Positions 38,160 through 46,327 are shown, counted from the first letter of the stretch. The stretch: DNA of 46,341 nucleotides from Chloroflexota bacterium (GCA_015222405.1 JADFVG010000057.1:1-46341), one strand, 5' to 3'. Notes: a model not told the origin generated them from the letters alone. A program made the numbers and translations.

Positions 38160-39539
38160 CTATGCGAGAGGAAAGTGCTCGTCCATGAACTCAATAGCGC
38201 TATTGATGCATAGCTCGATGCCGACGCCAGTACCTCCGGCTTCGCCCCCCACGATGTACAGACCCTCGATGGGCGTCTTTATCTTGGGCCGCTTATCCCC
38301 AACCTGACCTACTATCTGAGCGATGCCAATGCCGGCTCCATCTTCGCCCAACGTGTTCGCAAGGTCATCGGGGGTCATGGTATTTGTCCATAAAGTATGC
38401 TGCCGCAGCCCGGGGACAATTGATTCCGTCGTGTTGATTATGGCTTCTGCCAATGCTTCCTTCAACTCTTTCGGTGCCCCCCTCCCGAGGCCACCGCTAA
38501 CAACACAGATCAACTGCTTTCCTTCAGGAGCGACTTTAGTGGAGAAGTTGGAGGGGACAACCACCATAAGGCCTAGCTCGTCGGGTATTATGCCGCTCTG
38601 AAGTTTTTTAGCGTAGGCTTCCCTATCGAAAGTGGCGATATGGCCCAGCATCATGATATCGGTCAGCTTCTTATCTAGTGCAATTCGTACTACCGTGGCA
38701 CCACCCCCCGAGTATCGGAGCCCCTTGACATAGTCCACGTAGTCGGACTGGAAATGGTCGGCGCCCACCAGATTCAGAACCGTGTTCTTGATGTCAGCAT
38801 TGGAGACTACCACATCCGACTGGTAGACTTCGTCTCCAACCATCACACCATTGACACTGCCCCTTCCCACCTCAATCTTCTGGACTTCGGCTCCCAACTT
38901 GATCTCGCCGCCGAACTTTCTTATCCCATCTCCATAGGCGTCAGAGATAGCGCTGCAGCCCCCATCAGGGTAGCCCGATGCCCTGGTTTCGGCCTCCCAC
39001 TTAAAGCAGCGCATGAATTCACCCGTGCTGGCAAGCGAGATAGGAGAACCAGTATAGATGCCAGAGATGCTTTCGACCCAACCGTGGATCATTGGCTCCT
39101 CAGTGTACTGGGAGAGATACGTTTGCAGGTACACGTCATCGTATTCTTTCATCTTCTCCTCTGGCATAAAGCGGATCTCTCCGAGAAAGTTCATCAGGCC
39201 GTTGAAGTCCTTCTCCGACACCATTTCTTTGAAATCGTGGGGGAAGGTAAGGACCTTGCCCTGATAGCTGGAACGGGGCCGGACCTTGATATACTGGATG
39301 GGGTCCGGTATTCCAACGCGACGCAGCACATCGCCAGTGGGACCCTTATCACTTCTGGATATGAGGTGAACTCCTAAATCGACGTGGAAACCACGCCTGT
39401 CAAACGATGATAGCCTTCCTCCGAGAAACCTGTGCTTTTCCAGGAGCAAGGTCTTCCGGCCTCGATGTGAAAGCATAAGGGCAGCCGCCAAGCCACCAAT
39501 TCCCGCCCCAACTACGATGGCATCATACTTCTCAGCCAT
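38160..39539 (-). CDS. FAD-dependent oxidoreductase, phytoene desaturase (CrtI) family
   Basis: N-terminal dinucleotide fold YDAIVVGAGIGGLAAAL...LLLEK....GGR, 459-aa length, and a C-terminal GL.IVGG motif. Confidence 0.85.
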   Translation of the reverse strand: MAEKYDAIVVGAGIGGLAAALMLSHRGRKTLLLEKHRFLGGRLSSFDRRGFHVDLGVHLISRSDKGPTGDVLRRVGIPDPIQYIKVRPRSSYQGKVLTFPHDFKEMVSEKDFNGLMNFLGEIRFMPEEKMKEYDDVYLQTYLSQYTEEPMIHGWVESISGIYTGSPISLASTGEFMRCFKWEAETRASGYPDGGCSAISDAYGDGIRKFGGEIKLGAEVQKIEVGRGSVNGVMVGDEVYQSDVVVSNADIKNTVLNLVGADHFQSDYVDYVKGLRYSGGGATVVRIALDKKLTDIMMLGHIATFDREAYAKKLQSGIIPDELGLMVVVPSNFSTKVAPEGKQLICVVSGGLGRGAPKELKEALAEAIINTTESIVPGLRQHTLWTNTMTPDDLANTLGEDGAGIGIAQIVGQVGDKRPKIKTPIEGLYIVGGEAGGTGVGIELCINSAIEFMDEHFPLA

Positions 39540-39609
39540 TGTCTTGTTCCCTCCTAACGTAAGAATTCCATGCGCCAGAGTAGCACAGCAGCGTACTGAT
39601 GTCCAGATG

Positions 39610-39647
39610 TTGTACTCGTCCAGTACATTAGTGACACATCACCCCCC
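39610..39647. repeat. 38-bp repeat, copy B (IS terminal inverted repeat relic)
   Basis: TTGTACTCGTCCAGTACATTAGTGACACATCACCCCCC is the exact reverse complement of 33807-33844. It contains the stop codon of the transposase relic. Confidence 0.9.
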
Positions 39648-39790
39648 CCTTTGTTTTTGATTCCACCGCTCCAGGAGCTGGAGTGGAGTTAAGTAGCCCA
39701 GAGCCTGATGTGGCCTTATCGTGGGTCTGCTCCCATCTCAACAGCTCACCCTCTAACCCAGCAATGTTAGAGGATTCATATTGCTCGCCG
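39639..39790 (-). pseudogene. C-terminal relic of an rve (DDE integrase-core) transposase
   Basis: The minus strand reads RPHQALGYLTPLQLLERWNQKQRGG-stop (39716 down to 39639). This is the conserved RPH.ALGY.TP tail of IS3/IS481-type transposases. Upstream, ELLRWEQTHDK is in a different frame and stop codons follow, so only a frameshifted stub remains. Confidence 0.5.
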
Positions 39791-39945
39791 TGGCCCTGAT
39801 GCGGGCAATATCATTGGCACGGCATAGAAATTCGCCCCACTTTCGGTTATAATAGCCTGCGGTCATCGATGATTAGCACAGGCTATCCTGCAACCCGAGC
39901 AAAACTATGACATTCTTGGGATCGCTTCCTGCTGGCTTTAGTTGG

Positions 39946-39984
39946 GGAGGGGTGACCGAGCGGTTTATGGTGGCGGTCTTGAAA
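39946..39984 (+). pseudogene. 5' half of tRNA-Ser (anticodon UGA), truncated right after the anticodon loop
   Basis: GGAGGGG TG ACCG AGCGGTTTA TGGT G GCGGT CTTGAAA gives the acceptor strand, a class-II type D arm, a stem strand and a loop with TGA. The following TTCGA cannot pair with GCGGT. No variable arm, T arm or 3' acceptor strand is present downstream. Confidence 0.75.
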
Positions 39985-40103
39985 TTCGAAACCCTTTGTT
40001 CCACCCTATGCTGTTAGCTATGATTCTGTGCCTCTGTGTTGGACTGTCGCGGTGATTTCGTATCTGGGCATACCATCTTGTGCCGGGGGGTGCTCAGGAG
40101 TTC

Positions 40104-40123
40104 GTTAGCAAAATGTTAGCAAA
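40104..40123 (+). repeat. GTTAGCAAA tandem direct repeat (2 copies, 11-nt period)
   Basis: GTTAGCAAA at 40104-40112 and 40115-40123. The two copies flank the ATG of the XRE-like ORF. Confidence 0.6.
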
Positions 40124-40328
40124 TCCAGAGGAGGATCGGCTCCAATTATACCAGCTATCCCAAGAAGAGTTTGTCGGCAAAGTGTAGGCAAACGTCAGCA
40201 CGCTTCAGAGGATGTCACTAGCAACAACAACTACAGCCCAGTCACTGCTTGCTAAACCACGCCGGATAATCAAAGGTCTACGAGGAGAATTCTACTACAC
40301 GGATGGCGGTCATCAACTCCTTCTTTGA
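40113..40328 (+). pseudogene. XRE/Cro-like HTH ORF interrupted by an in-frame TAG
   Basis: MLANPEEDRLQLYQLSQEEFVGKV-TAG(40185)-ANVSTLQRMS...stop 40326-40328. LSQEEF..K..x..VST..R fits the helix-turn-helix of XRE-family repressors, and the stop sits at the turn position. Confidence 0.3.
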
Positions 40329-40475
40329 TTGATTATCACCCAACTTCTATATCATATCATTTTTATCCATTATTTTTGAAATAGAATTCTTGCATTTTTT
40401 GTATCTATTTAGATGGGGGGCCCCTCACCCCTCTACTAGCTACGATTTCGGGGGAGGAATTCCCCGTTATAAGCG

Positions 40476-40532
40476 GGTAAACCATATATGGTAAACGATA
40501 AGGTAAACGCTATGGTAAACGTCATGGTAAAC
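40476..40532 (+). repeat. five direct GGTAAAC repeats with about 12-nt period (iteron or arm-site-like array)
   Basis: GGTAAAC at 40476, 40490, 40502, 40514 and 40526. The last three are ATGGTAAAC. Confidence 0.85.
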
Positions 40533-40719
40533 CCAGAAAAGCTCACATAGGTCATAGGCTCAAGCGATTGAATCCTTTATACAAGGGCCTCCTTGATTTC
40601 ACAGCTTTGTCTTTTGTTCAAAAGAGTAGAAGGCCTCAACTTCGTGCTCTGCTCCACGGGGGAATCAACGGGGGAAAGGGTCAGGCTATGATCGTTCCCG
40701 CGCTACCGGGTGCCTGGAC

Positions 40720-40911
40720 CTAGTGTTCCTTTATCCACTGAATCAGTTCTTCTTTCAGAAAGACCCGCTTTTTTCCAATTTTGTGTGAGGGCAAACCCTC
40801 CTTCATCAGTTTGTACAGCGTTTGATGGCTTACCCCAAGGAATTCTTGAGCCTCCTGAAAGGTTAGAAAAATTCGCTCGACATCCCGTGAGCGCGCACTT
40901 TCTTCTGCCAC
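40720..40911 (-). CDS. excisionase / MerR-type HTH DNA-binding protein (63 aa)
   Basis: LTFQEAQEFLGVSHQTLYKLMKEGLPSHKIGKKRVFLKEELIQWI is the HTH_17 excisionase-family pattern. I set the start at GTG 40911, with AAGGAGG 7 nt upstream; the track ATG at 40986 adds an implausible hydrophobic leader. Confidence 0.75.
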   Translation of the reverse strand: MAEESARSRDVERIFLTFQEAQEFLGVSHQTLYKLMKEGLPSHKIGKKRVFLKEELIQWIKEH

Positions 40912-40989
40912 CTGCTGGCCTCCTTGAACTAGAATGTATATTAGCCACTTGCTACTAATTAGGCACAACTGGACGGAAATAGACACAGC

Positions 40990-41018
40990 TTGACAAATAT
41001 CGTATGTTTATTTACGAT
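40990..41018 (+). promoter_or_regulatory. sigma70-type promoter candidate for the 41106 / 41956 genes
   Basis: TTGACA (40990-40995), 17-nt spacer, TACGAT (41013-41018), in the divergent intergenic region. Confidence 0.4.
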
Positions 41019-41105
41019 TCAGACATAAAGAATGGAAATGTCCCCCAAGAAAGCAACTTGATGCACCAAGCGAAGTGAGCGCGGGAAAGGCGCGGATAAA
41101 CGATC

Positions 41106-41657
41106 ATGAACGTGTCCAGCCATCGGATTTGGGGTAGTCTGCAGGATAGTCTTCGAGACCTCATTCTTGAGGGCGTCGAGCGTGGATGGATGTCTGCAAG
41201 GTCATGGGACGACCTGCAAAGGGAAATTGCCAATCAGTTCAAGCAGCAGCTTGCGCCTTCGATAGTCCGTGAGAACGTCCCACTATCCGTACTAGGAGTT
41301 GCTGGTTCTAACGCCCAGATAGATATCGTATTGGGTAACCTAGCGGAGAAAGGATTGGGTGGGTTCCTGATTCACATAAGTGGGCACACGTTGCCTAGGC
41401 ATGAAAAGGAACTGCTGGAAATCATGGCTGTATCGCTCGCGGATGCTAGGTTTGCATACGGTGTGCTTGTTGTATGCTCCGATAACCGGCTTCGATTGGA
41501 GGGAAGAGCTACCTCTTTTGCGTATTGTGGCGGGCCGTTAATACGACTAGCGGCGCCTATTTTGGGTCGTTGCAACCTGCTTGGCCTCCTCGTAGTCGGG
41601 CTGCCCACGCCACCATACACCCCGGGGGTGAGTTTGACCCCTCACCAGAGGGCGTGA
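41106..41657 (+). CDS. hypothetical protein (183 aa), orphan partner of the MCM-like ATPase
   Basis: Intact ORF, no clear RBS, no recognised domain. IDIVLGN...LIHISGH...HEKELLE could be a degenerate nuclease-like core, but this is not demonstrable by eye. Confidence 0.5.
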   Translation: MNVSSHRIWGSLQDSLRDLILEGVERGWMSARSWDDLQREIANQFKQQLAPSIVRENVPLSVLGVAGSNAQIDIVLGNLAEKGLGGFLIHISGHTLPRHEKELLEIMAVSLADARFAYGVLVVCSDNRLRLEGRATSFAYCGGPLIRLAAPILGRCNLLGLLVVGLPTPPYTPGVSLTPHQRA

Positions 41658-41955
41658 CCGGGACGGAGCATGGCGTTAGCGATTGGCCTCAGCGCTGGAT
41701 CGGCAAGTAGGCCGAGCAGAGGAGAACACGTGGAAGGCTAGCTCCCCTAATGCTAAACTTGAACGCACTCTTTTCCTGAAAATATCTTGGCTTTCACGTG
41801 GTATCGTCCTATCTGAACTTGTTTGCCGGAGTTACTATGCCCCATGATCATGATAAGGAACGGAGCAGTTTCAAGTCCTTGGAGATCTAGGGTTGACCAG
41901 GAAAAAGATCTCCATTGGTCGTACCCTCTCACATTGTTACTAGGAGGTGAGCAAG

Positions 41956-42867
41956 ATGATCCTTAACCAAAAGCAGCGGGACGCGTTATTCAACATCCTT
42001 GAGTACGAGCAGACCCACGACCCCGAAGAGTTCAGCTTGGGGTGGAGTTGGACTGATGTCCGGGTTGCGCCAGCCACCTTAAACAATCTACTACTAAAAG
42101 GACTGCTAGAGGAGAAATTCCACTCAAATAGCTATAGAGGATTGCCACTTACTGAACTGGGTCGTGAGCAGGCAAACCTTCTGGAAGAGCCAGCAGAGGC
42201 TTATGAGAAGCCTCTGGATGAAAGCCTGACGCTGCCCAATGACATGTTCCAGGACATCATAGGCCATGATGATGTGAAGGAACTCTTGACGGCTGCACTT
42301 CTTGTGGAAAAGCCTGTGCACGTGTTGTTGGCAGGGCCACCGGCACTCGCCAAATCTTTGTTTCTCTGGGGTATAGAGCGAGTATGCGGTGAGCAAGCAG
42401 TATGGCTTGTGGGCTCGGCGACAAGCAAGGCGGGGCTGTGGGACCTAGTAGCAGAACGCGAGCCACGGATTCTACTTATAGATGAGCTCGATAAGATGAA
42501 CGCTGCTGACACCGCAGCCCTACTCAGCTTGATGGAAGGCGGAAGGCTAGTGCGGGCCAAGAAAGGTAGGGCGCTTGACGTTACTGTTCCCATCAAGGTG
42601 GTAGCAGCCACAAACCAAGTGGCCAAGTTGTCTCCAGAACTGATGTCCAGATTTGCCATACGAAAGCTGGAAGCCTACGACACAGTGCAATATCGCACAG
42701 TGGTTAAAGGGGTATTGATACGTCGTGAGAATGTCAGCCCTGAGCTTGCCGAGGAGATAGCCCGTAAGCTTGAGGGGAGGACTCAGGATGTAAGAGATGC
42801 GGTAAGAGTGGCTCGTTTGAGCCCACAGTTAGGGATTGATAAGACGATCCGCTTGCTTCTGCCTTGA
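41956..42867 (+). CDS. wHTH-AAA+ ATPase with MCM-clade motifs (mini-MCM-like)
   Basis: AGGAGG lies 8 nt before ATG 41956. Motifs: IIGHDDVKELL, Walker A GPPALAKS, GSATSKAGL, Walker B LLIDELDKM, LMEGG...RAKKG, sensor-1 VVAATN, Arg-finger LMSRF. See findings. Confidence 0.75.
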   Translation: MILNQKQRDALFNILEYEQTHDPEEFSLGWSWTDVRVAPATLNNLLLKGLLEEKFHSNSYRGLPLTELGREQANLLEEPAEAYEKPLDESLTLPNDMFQDIIGHDDVKELLTAALLVEKPVHVLLAGPPALAKSLFLWGIERVCGEQAVWLVGSATSKAGLWDLVAEREPRILLIDELDKMNAADTAALLSLMEGGRLVRAKKGRALDVTVPIKVVAATNQVAKLSPELMSRFAIRKLEAYDTVQYRTVVKGVLIRRENVSPELAEEIARKLEGRTQDVRDAVRVARLSPQLGIDKTIRLLLP

Positions 42868-42969
42868 CGGATTTTGCGCTCACCGAAACGGTATCCGAAG
42901 CTGAGCACCAATCTCTAGATTCAGTTGGTACTCTTTCCGCTTCTGATAATTGTGTTGGCGGTTGGGTAA

Positions 42970-43000
42970 TAGAGTCACAATCCGATGGATTGTGACTCTA
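42970..43000 (+). terminator. 14-bp perfect stem-loop, candidate terminator after the MCM-like gene
   Basis: TAGAGTCACAATCC gat GGATTGTGACTCTA, followed by TATTT. It lies about 100 nt after the stop at 42867. Confidence 0.5.
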
Positions 43001-43117
43001 TATTTGCACGCTGGAGGCAAAGGCGATCAAAAAAGTCAACAAAGCTAATGACAAGCGCAGCAAAGGTGTGGTACAATCACAGCCGCTAGCAAAGAATGTT
43101 GCAGGAGGTAAGGGAAG

Positions 43118-43618
43118 ATGGCGATCATTGATACCCTGAAAAGCTCTGAGCTCTTTGAGGGCTTGGAGACAGGCCATTTGGAAAAGGTCTCGGTTCTGTG
43201 CCGTGGGGGCTCCTACAAGGAAGGGATGATGGTCTTCAAGGAGGGGGATGAAGCGGCGGAGTTCTACGTTCTGACAGGCGGCAGGGTGGCGCTGGAGATG
43301 GAGGTGTGCCCTGTGCCCGACCGTCCCGCCATACCCACGGCGGTGGAGGTGGTCACCAAAGGCGACTGCTTTGGTTGGTCGGCCCTCGTTGAGCCTCACG
43401 TATACACGTTGTCTGCCCGGTGCATGACCAACTGCACAGTGCTAGCCATCAAGGGTGACATGCTTCGCAAGGCTATGGCTGATGACCCTAGTCTGGGCTA
43501 TCAAGCGATGAAAAAACTGACCCAACTTGTCTCCCTCCGGCTTGCGCATACCCGGCTCCGCCTCATCAGCGGGCTCGGTCTGCTCCTGCTAGGCAAGGAG
43601 CTAGAGTTATCTGAGTAA
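43118..43618 (+). CDS. stand-alone cyclic-nucleotide-binding (CAP effector) domain protein
   Basis: LFEGLETGHLEKV...G..VFKEGDEAAEFYVL..G.V.......GDCFGWSAL is the cNMP-binding beta-barrel pattern. At 166 aa it has no DNA-binding or other output domain. An extended -10 promoter candidate (TGgTACAAT) sits at 43069-43077. Confidence 0.8.
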   Translation: MAIIDTLKSSELFEGLETGHLEKVSVLCRGGSYKEGMMVFKEGDEAAEFYVLTGGRVALEMEVCPVPDRPAIPTAVEVVTKGDCFGWSALVEPHVYTLSARCMTNCTVLAIKGDMLRKAMADDPSLGYQAMKKLTQLVSLRLAHTRLRLISGLGLLLLGKELELSE

Positions 43619-44119
43619 TCCGTTTTCCAGATGGAACGCAAGCACTCTCAGTTTTCGAAGAGGAAATTACCCGGACAAGCCCCCAAGAGGTTCCGGGAAG
43701 CTGTCTGGGAGGAGAAACAAGGCCAGCACCAAAATGTTTACAGTAGGTAAGAGTTAAAGCCGGCTTTATAGGGTATCAGGATTATCAAAGAGGCTGGGTA
43801 TCGTCCTGGGAAGAGCCAGCCTCTTCGTTAGGGATTGCACAACGTGGCTAATTGTCTAGTCCGGTAATGGCTACTTCCAGAAACGCTCTTATCTCAACGG
43901 ATAGCATCTTACAGCTTCCTGATAAGATCGCGCCGCTTCTGCTCGTCACCTACTACCTGCTGCTTCAGCCTTTTCCAAGTATTGGGACAGTCTGTGAAGG
44001 TAACCTCAACTACTTGATGAATGGCCTGGTCAATCTGCTTCCTATTGCCAGGAGCAACCTCAATACTGGCCTCATCTAGAATATCCTTTATATGACGAAA
44101 AATGGCAGGACATGAAATA

Positions 44120-45571
44120 TTACCTTATCGGCAATGGTTGCCCGAGAAAGGAGTCTACCCACCAGAAGATGTCGCGTTTCTGGATCGATTTGCGGAGTCT
44201 TCGCATTCGTGATCGCCGTTCATCCCTACTCATATTATATGCTCGATGGATTGCGTTGGCTACGCCTTCAATATCATACGGGTTCACCAGTAGCGAATTT
44301 CTACGCAACTGAGTTGCTGCACCGGCAAATTCACTAAGTATTAGCACACCGTTTGTATCTACCTTAGCCGCACAATACTCCTTTGCTACCAAGTTCATTC
44401 CATCTTTCAGGGGTGTGACCAGAGCGATCTCAGCAGCACGATAATATGCGAGAAGCTCAGTGCGTTCCAGATTCCGAAACATGTACTGAATCGGTATCCA
44501 GCCCGGCTGGGTAAATTTGCCATTAATCTCACTCACTAGGCCCTCGATCTCGGTTTTTAGCTCCCGATACTCCGGTATATCCTCTCGACTAGGCACCACA
44601 ATTTGAACCAGCGTTACCTTGCCCTGTAGATCGTCGAAACGCTCCAGGGTATTTCTGAACGCTTGCAATTTCTCTGGAATACCCTTGGAGTAATCCAAAC
44701 GATCTACACCCAGGATGATCTGGCAGTTGGGTATGGCCTCATATAGCAGACTGGCTCTTTCCGCTACGCTCTTGGCTGCCGCCTGTCGGGCAAACTCATT
44801 GAAGTCTATGCTAATTGGGAAAACGCCAACCCTGATTTCTCGGTTTGGCACAGTGATTGTAGATACTTGCCTTCTAGTGTCGTAACGGATGCTCTTGATC
44901 AGGGCTTCGACGCAATGGATGAAGTTGTTTCTGTCACGTGTGGTCTGAAAACCAATGAGGTCGTACTCCAACAAGGCTCGCAGAATCTGCAACCGCCACG
45001 GCAGTTTAATGAAGATATCGAGTGGGGGAAAGGGGATGTGGAGGAAGAATCCGATCTTGCACTCCAGTTCCATGCCACGCAATTCCTTGGCCACGAGCGT
45101 GAGGTGGTAGTCGTGAACCCAAATGTAATCATTCATTCCAGTGTTCTGTGCTATCACCTGCGCGAATTTACAATTGACCGCTTGGTACATATTCCAATAA
45201 GCGGGATCGAAATTGCAGCGCGATTGCATATCGTGGAAAAGTGGCCATATGATTTCGTTGGAGAATCCGAAATAGTATTGATTCGCCTCTTCCGCAGTTA
45301 GTTTGACTGGCTTAAGTATATATCCTGCATCCTGGCTCCCTATGGCCACTAGCCCATCCAGGTCAACCTCCTCCACCGTTCCCGGCCAGCCAATCCATAG
45401 GCCTCCCCGGTCACGCAAGACCGGAGCCAGGGCAGTAACCAATCCACCTGAGCCGGGCTGAACCTGCCAGTCCCCCAGATCCCCTTTTGTTAGGACGATG
45501 GGCAGGCGATTTGAAACAATCACAAGCCGATCCACCCTTAAGTTATTGCTTTGGTCTCTCGGGTGCGACAT
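44120..45571 (-). CDS. otsA: alpha,alpha-trehalose-phosphate synthase (GT20)
   Basis: [32 protein letters not shown], and the C-terminal LVNPYD motif. Confidence 0.9.
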   Translation of the reverse strand: MSHPRDQSNNLRVDRLVIVSNRLPIVLTKGDLGDWQVQPGSGGLVTALAPVLRDRGGLWIGWPGTVEEVDLDGLVAIGSQDAGYILKPVKLTAEEANQYYFGFSNEIIWPLFHDMQSRCNFDPAYWNMYQAVNCKFAQVIAQNTGMNDYIWVHDYHLTLVAKELRGMELECKIGFFLHIPFPPLDIFIKLPWRLQILRALLEYDLIGFQTTRDRNNFIHCVEALIKSIRYDTRRQVSTITVPNREIRVGVFPISIDFNEFARQAAAKSVAERASLLYEAIPNCQIILGVDRLDYSKGIPEKLQAFRNTLERFDDLQGKVTLVQIVVPSREDIPEYRELKTEIEGLVSEINGKFTQPGWIPIQYMFRNLERTELLAYYRAAEIALVTPLKDGMNLVAKEYCAAKVDTNGVLILSEFAGAATQLRRNSLLVNPYDIEGVANAIHRAYNMSRDERRSRMRRLRKSIQKRDIFWWVDSFLGQPLPIR

Positions 45572-45863
45572 GGATTCAACCTTTCACCAAATTACCAATT
45601 ACCAAAGCAGCGTCCTAGAACGGCTACCGGCAGAGATAGTGGCCCGAAGGTCGGGACGGGACACGCTTTACGCTCTCGGTGAGGAACTTGACATTGCAAC
45701 CTCGGGTTCAGCGGGTGAACTACACTCGACCGATGCTAATGGTTGAGGGTGATGGCTCGAGTGTCTGTTGAACTCGCTGAACTCGACACATTATAGCAAC
45801 AACGGGGAATACGTGCAATCGCCGTTTCATAATTTTTGGCCCAGGCTTGTGCTCTGCGACATA

Positions 45864-45892
45864 TTGACAAATAGCCTCATCCCTTTTATTAT
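45864..45892 (+). promoter_or_regulatory. sigma70-type promoter candidate for the LEA-like gene
   Basis: TTGACA (45864-45869), 17-nt spacer, TATTAT (45887-45892). Confidence 0.45.
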
Positions 45893-45931
45893 TATATCAG
45901 CTAATATAATCACCATCATGGGAGAGGTTAA

Positions 45932-46327
45932 ATGGACATAAGCGAGGAATTGAAGAGAGCCGCAGCCAAGGTAAGGGAAGGGATAGCAGAGACTATAGCA
46001 GGTAGTGGTGAGATAGTAGACTCTGTCAAGAAGGGAGCTACGGAGGCCAGTGGTAGGGCGCTGGAGAAAACCCAGAAAGCTCTGGCTAAGGTTAAGGAGA
46101 CATTAGCGGAGGCAGAAACGAAATCAGCCAAAGAGGCTGAGGCGACAAAGGTTATCGTTAAGGAATACTTAGACAACGCCGGGCAGGCGATAACCGATGC
46201 TGGGGAGGAATTAGCAAGAGCCGGAGCTCAGGTAAAGGCTAAATCCATAGAGGGAACCGAAAAAGCTGTTGATAAAGTTCGAAAGGCGTTAGACAAGGTT
46301 GAAGAGCTAATAGCTAAAATCAAGTAA
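45932..46327 (+). CDS. low-complexity Ala/Lys/Glu-rich helical protein (LEA / YtxH / phasin-like)
   Basis: 131 aa with no Cys or Trp and a repetitive amphipathic A/K/E/G pattern. GGAGAGG upstream. Divergent from otsA. Confidence 0.6.
   Translation: MDISEELKRAAAKVREGIAETIAGSGEIVDSVKKGATEASGRALEKTQKALAKVKETLAEAETKSAKEAEATKVIVKEYLDNAGQAITDAGEELARAGAQVKAKSIEGTEKAVDKVRKALDKVEELIAKIK

Noticed and set aside
40476-40532. CRISPR array
   Set aside because: The repeat unit is 7-9 nt with a 12-nt period, far too short for CRISPR repeats and spacers. No cas genes are present.
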